39,665 nucleotides of DNA from Verrucomicrobiia bacterium (GTDB lineage: Bacteria; Verrucomicrobiota; Verrucomicrobiia; Limisphaerales; DASXHY01). The translations under genes and the position numbers were made by a program. The notes below the pieces were generated by a model that was given only the letters and a program-made list of their open reading frames with translations, did no database searches and had not been told where the DNA came from. The number at the start of each line of letters is the position of its first letter. Position 1 is the first letter of the stretch. Shown piece by piece: positions 16,736 through 25,610 of the stretch. The DNA lies in NCBI GenBank assembly GCA_035701135.1, contig DASSNZ010000420.1, positions 1 through 39,665 of the forward strand, read 5' to 3'.

Positions 16736-17704
16736 TTATGTCTTCGGCAATTTTTGTTTCAGCGTGAGCACGGGCGCAAAAAGATCGCCGTGTTTTTCGA
16801 CGCGGCCCAAAACCTGGTCGGAGAGAAAAACCAATCGCTCCGCGTCTTTCTTTTTCAACGCGGTTTTTACTTCGTCCCATTCGACCGGAGTTGAAACCAT
16901 CGGACGCTCTTTGGCTCGAAGGGAATACGCGCAGACGGTGGTTTTGTGTTCGTCGTTCTGGCTCCAGTCCACGAGCACTTTTCCACCGCGCAGGCGTTTT
17001 TCCATTTTCGCGACGACGAGATCGGGCCGCGCGGTTTGCAATTCCTCAGCGAGCGCGCGCGCGAACGGTTTGGTGGTTTCGTAAGTCACCGGCGTGTTGA
17101 GTGGAACGTAAATCTGCAAACCTTTCGAGCCGGAGATTTTCGGAAAGCTTTCCAGGCCGAGCGAATCGAATTTTTCCTTGAGCATCAGGCCGACTTCCGC
17201 GCATTGCAAAATCGTGGCGGGCGGTCCGGGATCGAGATCGAAAACGAGCATTGTTGGACGTTTCACGTCGTCCGCTTTGGACAAAAACGTGTGCAATTCC
17301 AGATCGCCGAGGTTCGCGGCCCAGATGATCGAAGGCAGATTGTTCGCGAGGCAATAATGGATTTCGGATTGGTTGCGTTCGCTCCAGACGGGCGCGGTTT
17401 TGATCCATTCGGGACGATACGGCGGGCAGCGTTTTTCGTAAAAAAATCCACCGTCCACGCCGTCGGGATAACGCTTGAGCGTGAGCGGGCGATCTTTTAA
17501 ATGCGGCAGGAGAACGGGCGAAATGCGAATGTAATAATCAATGACGTTCGCCTTGGTAAATCCGGTTTTCGGATAAAAAATTTTATCGAGATGGGAAACA
17601 GGAATTTCGCGCCCGCCGACATCCAATGTTTGTTTGGAAACAGGCGGCGCCGCGGAAGTTTTTTTCCGGGCGGAAGAGGATTTTTTCGGACGCGCCGCGG
17701 GCAT
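16736..17704 (-). CDS. Stand-alone LigD polymerase/primase (NHEJ polymerase) domain protein
   Basis: IPVSHLDKIFYPKTGFTKANVIDYYIRISPVLLPHLKDRPLTLKRYPDGV and LVFDLDPGP are typical of the LigD Pol (AEP primase-polymerase) domain. Confidence 0.9.
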   Translation of the reverse strand: MPAARPKKSSSARKKTSAAPPVSKQTLDVGGREIPVSHLDKIFYPKTGFTKANVIDYYIRISPVLLPHLKDRPLTLKRYPDGVDGGFFYEKRCPPYRPEWIKTAPVWSERNQSEIHYCLANNLPSIIWAANLGDLELHTFLSKADDVKRPTMLVFDLDPGPPATILQCAEVGLMLKEKFDSLGLESFPKISGSKGLQIYVPLNTPVTYETTKPFARALAEELQTARPDLVVAKMEKRLRGGKVLVDWSQNDEHKTTVCAYSLRAKERPMVSTPVEWDEVKTALKKKDAERLVFLSDQVLGRVEKHGDLFAPVLTLKQKLPKT

Positions 17705-17761
17705 AAAGTGAACGGTCCATTCAGCGCGGAAAAATTTTTAAAAAATTTCGCCGTCGGAATT

Positions 17762-17947
17762 TCAGGAATCGAAGGAATCCGGCGCGAATCCTTTTTGCCA
17801 CAGGCCGGGAAAAATCGCGAGTTCCATCGGCTCGTTTTCTTTTTCAAAAAGATTTTCCATCAGCGCGTCGGCTTCCGGGGGAATCAGCGTGCCGTTCGGA
17901 GTTTCGCGAAAAATCTCCGCCTCTTCAGGTTCGAGTTTTCTTGCCAT
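17762..17947 (-). CDS. Hypothetical small acidic protein (61 aa)
   Basis: ATG 17947 lies directly downstream of the upstream gene's stop codon (17953-17955), with only 5 nt between them. The stop is 57 nt upstream of the ligD-pol start. The sequence is E/P-rich and I recognise no family. Confidence 0.4.
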   Translation of the reverse strand: MARKLEPEEAEIFRETPNGTLIPPEADALMENLFEKENEPMELAIFPGLWQKGFAPDSFDS

Positions 17948-17952
17948 GATTT

Positions 17953-18510
17953 CTATTCGTTGATTCCCCAATGGGAAATGTCTCTGTCCAGTTGGACCAT
18001 CCCGGTCAAAGCGGAAAAAGTGCGTTCGTTTATTTCGGAGCCAAGCGCCGGGCCGCCTTCGGGCCAGAGTCCCGGTTGTCCGAAATATTCCATTCCGGCG
18101 CGCCTGGCGACCTGCGCCAGATAACGTCCGGCCGGATTTTCACGAACTTCATTCGGATCGAACAACCCGACCAGCGCAATCGCGCGGGTCTGTTCCATCA
18201 GCCACGATTCAATCCATGAATGCACTTCGACGGGCAATTCATTTCCGCCGTGCGCGGCCACGATAATAATGTCCGCCTGCGCGGCGTCCTTCGCCGCCAT
18301 TTCACGCAAACGCGGAACGGCGAGCACGTCGAATTTCCACATTTGATTGTTGAACTGGCATTCTTCGCCGAGATGCTCGACGAGAAAATCATACGTCCGC
18401 TTCGCGTGTTTGCCGGTTTCAAAATCCTCGTACGCGATGACCACGTTGAAGTTGGAATCCATTCCGGAACCGGATGGACGAAGGGAGGGAAAATTGAGCG
18501 CGCTTTGCAT
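17953..18510 (-). CDS. Hypothetical alpha/beta protein (185 aa; alternative start ATG 18462)
   Basis: Clean ORF with an alternating beta/alpha pattern (NVVIAYEDFETGKHAKRTYDFLVEHLG ... ADIIIVAAHGGNELPVEVHSWIESWL ... AIALVGLF). This is flavodoxin-like or TIR-like by eye only. Confidence 0.6.
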   Translation of the reverse strand: MQSALNFPSLRPSGSGMDSNFNVVIAYEDFETGKHAKRTYDFLVEHLGEECQFNNQMWKFDVLAVPRLREMAAKDAAQADIIIVAAHGGNELPVEVHSWIESWLMEQTRAIALVGLFDPNEVRENPAGRYLAQVARRAGMEYFGQPGLWPEGGPALGSEINERTFSALTGMVQLDRDISHWGINE

Positions 18511-18639
18511 GAATTGACACTATTTTCTGAAGTCAAAATCACAATGGGGTCTTGACCCCAAAACGCCGAATAAGCCCGCACGCGTTCACACGCTGAAATA
18601 AAAAAATGTGCCGCCGGCAACGCGGGATCACAATTCGTC

Positions 18640-18760
18640 GAAATCCCAAATCCGAATTCCGAATTCCGAATCCGCCGGCCGTCAAAACTCAATATTGCAT
18701 TCTACTTTGGATTTCCGGCTTCGGACTTCTTTTGGATTTCGAGATTCGGATTTCGGATTT
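18640..18760. repeat. Long imperfect inverted repeat built from CCGAAT/CGGATTT periodic units
   Basis: Left arm: gaaatcccaaatccgaattccgaattccgaatccg. Right arm: ggatttccggcttcggacttcttttggatttcgagattcggatttcggattt. It sits in the divergent spacer between the 185-aa gene and fba. Confidence 0.65.
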
Positions 18761-18887
18761 GCCCAATTTTTCCGCCGACACCGCACGGGCATCGTTCCAT
18801 TCCAGTTTAGCCGATCTGATTCGTCATGCCGAGCGCTCTGGAAATTTAATTTCCCTTTCCGCCCCGCCCGTTCTATCATTTTCATCT

Positions 18888-18909
18888 GACCGCGCCCTGC
18901 GCGGTTTTT
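18888..18909 (+). terminator. Terminator-like hairpin 20 nt upstream of the fba start
   Basis: gaccgcgc-cct-gcgcggt(c) is followed by ttttt. Only the + strand has a T-run after the stem. Confidence 0.35.
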
Positions 18910-18928
18910 AACTTGAAATCGAATCATT

Positions 18929-19891
18929 ATGCCATTGACACACACAAAAGACCTGTTCGCCAAAGCGCTGAAAGGGAAATACGCCCTGGGCGCTTTCAAC
19001 GTCAACAACATGGAACTCATCCAGGCCATCGTCGAAGCCTGCGAAGAGGAAAAGGCACCGTTGATCCTGCAAATTTCCAAAGGCGCGCGCCAATACGCAA
19101 ATCCCGTTTATCTGAAAAAACTGATCGAAGCCGCCGTGAGCCTTTCCAATATTCCAATCGCCGTTCACCTGGACCATGGCGATTCCTTCGAGCTTTGCAA
19201 GGAATGTATTGATGAAGGTTTTACCAGCGTGATGATTGACGCCAGCCATGAGCCGTTTGAAAAGAATGCCGAGATCACCCGCAAAGTCGTCGAATACGCG
19301 CACAAGCACAATTGCTCCGTCGAATCCGAACTGGGACATCTCGTCGGCGCGCAATTTGACGAAGGCGAAGAAGGCGGCGCGCATTCCACCAGCGGTCATT
19401 ACACCGAACCGGAAGAAGCGGTGAAATTCGTCAAAGAAACCAGCTGCGATTCTCTCGCGGTCGCCATCGGAAACAGCCACGGCGCCTACAAATTCAAAGG
19501 CACGCAACATCTCGATCTCGAACGTCTCAAGCTGATCAAAAAAGCATTGATGGACGCAGGCATGGGCGATTATCCGCTCGTGTTGCACGGAGCCTCCAGT
19601 GTTCCTCAACATCTCGTCGCCGAAGTCAACAAATACGGCGGCAAAATGCCGGACGCGCAAGGCGTGCCGGAAGCGGACATCGAAGTCGCCCGGCGGGTCG
19701 GTTGCACGAAAGTGAATATTGACACCGATCTTCGCATCGCGATGACCGCCGGCATTCGCAAAGTTTTCGCGGAAAAGCCGAGCGAATTCGATCCGCGCAA
19801 ATACCTCGGCCCCGCGCGTCAGGCCGTCAAAGATCTCGTCCGTCACAAAGTCAAAAACGTACTTTGCTGCGCCGGTCACGCGTTTGATTGA
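18929..19891 (+). CDS. fba: Class II fructose-1,6-bisphosphate aldolase
   Basis: N-terminal KYALGAFNVNNMELIQAIVEA, metal-ligand regions VHLDHG and LVLHGASSVP, and typical length. Confidence 0.92.
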   Translation: MPLTHTKDLFAKALKGKYALGAFNVNNMELIQAIVEACEEEKAPLILQISKGARQYANPVYLKKLIEAAVSLSNIPIAVHLDHGDSFELCKECIDEGFTSVMIDASHEPFEKNAEITRKVVEYAHKHNCSVESELGHLVGAQFDEGEEGGAHSTSGHYTEPEEAVKFVKETSCDSLAVAIGNSHGAYKFKGTQHLDLERLKLIKKALMDAGMGDYPLVLHGASSVPQHLVAEVNKYGGKMPDAQGVPEADIEVARRVGCTKVNIDTDLRIAMTAGIRKVFAEKPSEFDPRKYLGPARQAVKDLVRHKVKNVLCCAGHAFD

Positions 19892-19923
19892 TAGCGCGAG
19901 GTTGTTCAATTCGTTTTCAACAC

Positions 19924-19954
19924 GGCGGCGGAATTTTTTCCGCCGCTTTTTTTT
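19924..19954 (+). terminator. Rho-independent terminator after fba
   Basis: ggcggcgg-aatttttt-ccgccgc is followed by T8. Confidence 0.7.
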
Positions 19955-19978
19955 AATTTATCCCGAATTCAAAAAAAT

Positions 19979-20009
19979 GAGGAACGCACGCGGCTCGCGT
20001 GCGCTCCCC
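19979..20009. repeat. GGGGAGCGCACGCG-hairpin element (inverted orientation relative to the copy at 37429)
   Basis: gaggaacgcacgcggctcgcgtgcgctcccc. Its reverse complement, ggggagcgcacgcgagccgcgtgcg, matches ggggagcgcacgcgtctcgcgtgct at 37429-37453. Confidence 0.6.
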
Positions 20010-20115
20010 ACGGAACCTTGATCTGAATTTCAGGTTTTTCCTCTCGCAAAACAATTTGGGCGAATTTAGTTTGCCCAAAACCAGATCGCGGATGGTTTGA
20101 AGCCGGACAAATTGA

Positions 20116-21318
<1,203 letters not shown>

Positions 21319-21333
21319 GAAATTCGCGTTTCC

Positions 21334-22644
21334 CTACGCCGGAAATTCGCGGGAGGATTTTTCGAACGCCTCAAGTTTTTTCGAGAGAAATTTTTTTTCG
21401 GATGCAAGAGCGGCGAGTTCCAGCGCTTTTCTGAAATGATTCGCGGCGATATTCCGCCGGTTTAATTTCGCCTCGAATTCTCCGAGCACCGCGTAAAGCA
21501 AATAATAGGATTCGAGCGATTTACGGTCGCGAATGCTTTCCACGGCCTGAATCCCCGCCTGCGGTCCGTGAACGTGCGCGACGGCTACGGCGCGATTCAA
21601 AGCGATGACCGGCGAGTCATTGAGCTGAATCAACTGATCGTAAAGCGCGAGAATCCGCGGCCAGTTGGTCGAATCGAAATTTTTCGCCGCGCAATGGCAC
21701 GCAGCGATTCCGGCCTGAAGATGATATTCGGTGATTTCGTCGCCATCCGCGGATCGCGCCACATGAAACATGCCGCGCGCAATCATCGGCTGGTTCCATT
21801 GCGCGCGATCCTGTTCTTCGAGCCGAAGCAGATTGCCATCGCCATCCACACGCGCATTCAATCGCGCGGCGCTCAACAACATCAACGCCAGCAACGCATG
21901 AGTCGCCGGGCGATTTCCGGCCGCGTGTCCGGCAAGCAAATTCACCAGCCGGATTGCCTCGTGGCAAACATCCTCGCGCACGAGTTTTTCGCCGGTGGAC
22001 GCTTTGTAACCTTCGTTGAACATCAGATAAAGCGATTGCAAAACGGCGTCCAGCCGGCGCGCCAGTTCCTCGCCGGCGGGAATCTCAAACGGAATTTTTG
22101 CCTCGCGGATTTTTTGCTTCGCGCGCGTCAGGCGTTTCGCAATCGCGGCTTCGCTGGAAAGAAACGCGCGGCTGATTTCCGTGACGCTGAAACCGCAAAG
22201 CGTGTTCAGCGCGAGCGCAACCTGCGCATCCGCGGGAATGCTCGGATGGCAGCATACGAACATCAGGCGCAATCGGTCGTCCGCGATTTCCTGTTCGGAA
22301 AAAACGGTTTCGTCCGGCGCGGGATTTGGACGTTCCATCAGCCGGACAATTTCGTTTTCCTTTTCGCGAAAAACTTTTTGGCGGCGCACCACGTCGAGCG
22401 CGAGATTTCGAGACGCGCGCATAATCCACGCGGAGGGATTTTTCGGGACGCCATAAAACGGCCAGGTTTGCAGAGCGCGCGCGAGCGCTTCCTGAACGAC
22501 ATCTTCCGCGAGGCCGAGATGTTCGATTCCGAAAATCCGCGTCAGCGTCGCGACCATTTTCCCGGATTCGTGGCGGAAAAGATGTTCAAGGATTTGCGGG
22601 ATTTCCCGCGCTTCCGGCGGATGTATTTCGGATGGGTTCACCAT
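21334..22644 (-). CDS. ECF-type RNA polymerase sigma factor with a long C-terminal helical (TPR-like) extension
   Basis: Trimmed to ATG 22644 (MVNPSE...). The sigma-2 region is LFRHESGKMVATLTRIFGIEHLGLAEDVVQEALARALQTW...PSAWIMRASRNLALDVVRR. The sigma-4 region is ALALNTLCGFSVTEISRAFLSSEAAIAKRLTRAKQKI. About 240 further residues follow. Confidence 0.85.
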   Translation of the reverse strand: MVNPSEIHPPEAREIPQILEHLFRHESGKMVATLTRIFGIEHLGLAEDVVQEALARALQTWPFYGVPKNPSAWIMRASRNLALDVVRRQKVFREKENEIVRLMERPNPAPDETVFSEQEIADDRLRLMFVCCHPSIPADAQVALALNTLCGFSVTEISRAFLSSEAAIAKRLTRAKQKIREAKIPFEIPAGEELARRLDAVLQSLYLMFNEGYKASTGEKLVREDVCHEAIRLVNLLAGHAAGNRPATHALLALMLLSAARLNARVDGDGNLLRLEEQDRAQWNQPMIARGMFHVARSADGDEITEYHLQAGIAACHCAAKNFDSTNWPRILALYDQLIQLNDSPVIALNRAVAVAHVHGPQAGIQAVESIRDRKSLESYYLLYAVLGEFEAKLNRRNIAANHFRKALELAALASEKKFLSKKLEAFEKSSREFPA

Positions 22645-22785
22645 GAGTAAAACGTTGGCCGAGCATAAACCGGCGGTGGCGCCGCTGGCGAGCGCGGGAT
22701 TTCCTCGATTATATCCGCATGGAACGAATTTTTGAAGACAGCGATTTCCCTTCGACGTAAAAACAATTTTCGTTAACGTTTCGCC

Positions 22786-25599
22786 ATGGCCGCCGAAGCG
22801 CAACTCACTCCGATGATGGCGCAGTATCGCCGCATCAAAAGCGAACTGCCCAAAGACGCGCTTTTGCTTTTCCGGCTTGGCGATTTTTACGAAATGTTTT
22901 TCGAGGACGCGCAGGCCGGCGCGCAACTGCTCAATGTCGCGCTCACCAAACGCGGCGCCGTCCCGATGTGCGGCATTCCGTTTCACGCGGCGAATTCCTA
23001 CATCGGACGCATTCTGAAAGCGGGCCGAAAGGTCGCCATTTGCGATCAGGTCGAGGAGGCGCGTCCCGGCCAGCTCGTCAAACGCGAGGTCACGCAGATT
23101 CTTTCGCCCGGCACGCATTTCGACGAACGCATTCTCGCGGCGGAACGAAATAATTTTCTCGCGTCGGTTTTTCCGCGCGGAAAAATTTTCGGACTCGCAT
23201 TCGCCGATTTAACGACGGGCGATTTCATGGCCACGGAAGTGGAAAATGAAACCGCGCTGCTCACCGAACTGGAGCGCCTGCGTCCGGCGGAAATTATTTT
23301 TCCCGGTGAATCGCGGATGACATGCGAATTGCTAAGCGGAGCGATTAAACCTTCCGGTTTGACCGATACGGAATCCCTCACCCCATCCCTCTCCCATCCG
23401 ATGGGAGAGGGTGGCCGAAGGCCGGGAGAGGGCAATCCGATCGTCAATTTCTCTTCCACGCGTTGGATTCTCAATGGCTACGACGATTGGGTGTTCGCGC
23501 CGGAAACCGCGCAATTCACCGTGCGCGAGCATTTCAAAGTCGCGTCGCTCGACGGCTTTGGACTGAAAGATCGGAACGCCGTCATCGGCGCGGCGGGCGG
23601 CATTTTGCATTATCTCGCGCAACATCTCCGGCGTGATGTCGCGAATCTCACGCGCATCACCTTTTATCAACGCAACGATTTTCTCGCGATTGATTACACC
23701 ACGCTGCGGCATCTGGAAATCCTCGAGCCGCTGCATCACGACTCGCCGCGCGCCGCATGTCTTTACGGCGCGCTCAACCGGACTGTCACGCCGATGGGCG
23801 CGCGACGGTTGCGCGACTGGCTTTCGCAACCGCTTGCGCTGGCGGAACCGATCCGGCGGCGGCAGGAAGCGGTTCAGGCATTCATCGGAAATTCCGCCGA
23901 ACTGGAAAATTTCCGCGCGCTGCTCGCCGGGGTTCGCGACCTGGAACGCACGATCGGACGGCTCAGTTCCGGAACCGGAAACGCGCGCGATCTCGTTGCG
24001 TTGCGGATCGCGTTGGAGCAAATTCCGGGAATCAAACACGTCCTCGCCGGAATTCAATTCACCGCGCGCGCCACTCCCGATATGGAATTTGATGTTTCCG
24101 AAATGCGGGAAACTCGTCCCGAAAAAAACGCGCTGCTGGAAGAACTCGAATCGCATCTCGCCGAAACGCCCGATCTGGTGGAACTGATTTCGCGCGGCAT
24201 TGTGGACGAGCCGCCGCTCGCGTTGAAGGAGGGCGGAATCATTCGCGACGGATTCGACGCGGCGCTGGACGAACTGCGCAATGCCATGCGCGGCGGAAAA
24301 GATTGGATTGCAAAATTGCAGCAGGACGAAATCGAGCGCACGGGAATCGCGTCGCTGAAAGTGCGTTTCAATTCCGTTTTTGGATATTACATCGAAGTGA
24401 CGCGGTCGAATCTCGACAAGGTTCCGCCGCATTATATTCGCAAACAAACCATCGCGAACGGCGAGCGGTTTATTACGCCCGAGTTGAAGGAGATGGAGGG
24501 AAAAATTCTCGGCGCGGAGGAACGCGGCGTGAAGCTGGAATACGAATTGTTCCAGCGCATCCGCGAAGCCGTGCTCGCGCGCCTGGCGGAAATTCAGAGA
24601 ACCGCCGCCGCGCTCGCGCAATTGGACGTGCTCGGTTCGTTCGCGGAAACGGCGCGGCTTTACAATTACACGCGCCCGCAAATTGGCGACGAGGGAATTT
24701 TGCGAATTCGCGACGGACGCCATCCGGTGCTGGAGCAGAATCTGATGGAGGAACGTTTTGTGCCGAATGATACAGCACTTTCCAGCAGCATAATTTTGTC
24801 TCCCTCTCCGCCGCGTAGCGGGGGAGAGGGCGGGAGTGAGGTGGAGCGATTACAAACCCCTCACCCCAACCCTCTCCCCGCTATTGGCGGGGAGAGGGAA
24901 AAATATTTTACGCTGCCGCAAATCGCGCTGATCACCGGACCGAACATGGCCGGAAAAAGCACTTACATTCGTCAGGTCGCGCTGCTTGCGCTGCTTGCGC
25001 ACACGGGATCGTTCATTCCGGCGGCGGAGGCGCGCGTGGATCTGGTGGACCGGATTTTCACGCGCATCGGCGCGAGCGATGATCTGGCGCGAGGCCAGAG
25101 CACGTTCATGGTGGAAATGGCCGAGACGGCGAATATTCTCAACAACGCCACGCCGCGCGGGCTGATTGTGCTCGACGAAATCGGGCGCGGCACCAGCACG
25201 TTTGACGGATTAAGTCTCGCGTGGAGCATCGTGGAATATCTGCACAATCAGGTCGGCGCGAAAACATTGTTCGCCACGCATTATCATGAATTGACGGAAC
25301 TCTCGGCGCGTTTGCCGAGATTGAAAAATTTCAACGTCGCGGTCCGCGAGTGGCGCGACCAGATTGTTTTCCTGCGAAAAATTATCGAAGGCGGCACGGA
25401 CAAAAGTTACGGAATCCAGGTCGCGCGACTGGCCGGCGTGCCGAAAAGTGTTTTGGAACGCGCGAAGGAAATTCTCCGCAACCTGGAAGAAAGCGAACTC
25501 ACGCCGGAAGGAAATGTGCGCCAGCCTTCGCGTCGCCAGCAGGACCGTGAGAAGCTCAAGCGCCTCGCGCCCGCGCCGCAGATGGATTTGTTCGGGTGA
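22786..25599 (+). CDS. mutS: DNA mismatch repair protein MutS
   Basis: N-terminal TPMMAQYRRIKSE...FRLGDFYEMF mismatch-binding motif, Walker A ITGPNMAGKSTYIRQ, then STFMVEM and DEIGRGTSTFDG. Confidence 0.95.
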   Translation: MAAEAQLTPMMAQYRRIKSELPKDALLLFRLGDFYEMFFEDAQAGAQLLNVALTKRGAVPMCGIPFHAANSYIGRILKAGRKVAICDQVEEARPGQLVKREVTQILSPGTHFDERILAAERNNFLASVFPRGKIFGLAFADLTTGDFMATEVENETALLTELERLRPAEIIFPGESRMTCELLSGAIKPSGLTDTESLTPSLSHPMGEGGRRPGEGNPIVNFSSTRWILNGYDDWVFAPETAQFTVREHFKVASLDGFGLKDRNAVIGAAGGILHYLAQHLRRDVANLTRITFYQRNDFLAIDYTTLRHLEILEPLHHDSPRAACLYGALNRTVTPMGARRLRDWLSQPLALAEPIRRRQEAVQAFIGNSAELENFRALLAGVRDLERTIGRLSSGTGNARDLVALRIALEQIPGIKHVLAGIQFTARATPDMEFDVSEMRETRPEKNALLEELESHLAETPDLVELISRGIVDEPPLALKEGGIIRDGFDAALDELRNAMRGGKDWIAKLQQDEIERTGIASLKVRFNSVFGYYIEVTRSNLDKVPPHYIRKQTIANGERFITPELKEMEGKILGAEERGVKLEYELFQRIREAVLARLAEIQRTAAALAQLDVLGSFAETARLYNYTRPQIGDEGILRIRDGRHPVLEQNLMEERFVPNDTALSSSIILSPSPPRSGGEGGSEVERLQTPHPNPLPAIGGEREKYFTLPQIALITGPNMAGKSTYIRQVALLALLAHTGSFIPAAEARVDLVDRIFTRIGASDDLARGQSTFMVEMAETANILNNATPRGLIVLDEIGRGTSTFDGLSLAWSIVEYLHNQVGAKTLFATHYHELTELSARLPRLKNFNVAVREWRDQIVFLRKIIEGGTDKSYGIQVARLAGVPKSVLERAKEILRNLEESELTPEGNVRQPSRRQQDREKLKRLAPAPQMDLFG
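23375..23433 (+). repeat. REP-like hairpin element embedded in frame in mutS
   Basis: ccctcaccccatccctctccc-atccgat-gggagagggtggccgaaggccgggagagggc. The 9-bp perfect stem is ccctctccc/gggagaggg (23387-23411). It is translated as SLTPSLSHPMGEGGRRPGEG. Confidence 0.75.
24802..24898 (+). repeat. Two REP-like hairpins embedded in frame in mutS just upstream of Walker A
   Basis: First hairpin: ccctctcc-gccgcgtagcggg-ggagaggg. Second hairpin: cctcaccccaaccctctcccc-gctattggc-ggggagaggg. They are translated as SPSPPRSGGEGGSEVERLQTPHPNPLPAIGGERE. Confidence 0.75.
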
Positions 25600-25610
25600 A
25601 CGGCGCGAAT

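Noticed and set aside
22645-23118. N-terminal 158 codons of the 594-aa track ORF 21334..23118
   Set aside because: The extension overlaps the mutS 5' region on the opposite strand and has shadow-frame composition. The sigma-factor homology begins right after the internal ATG at 22644.
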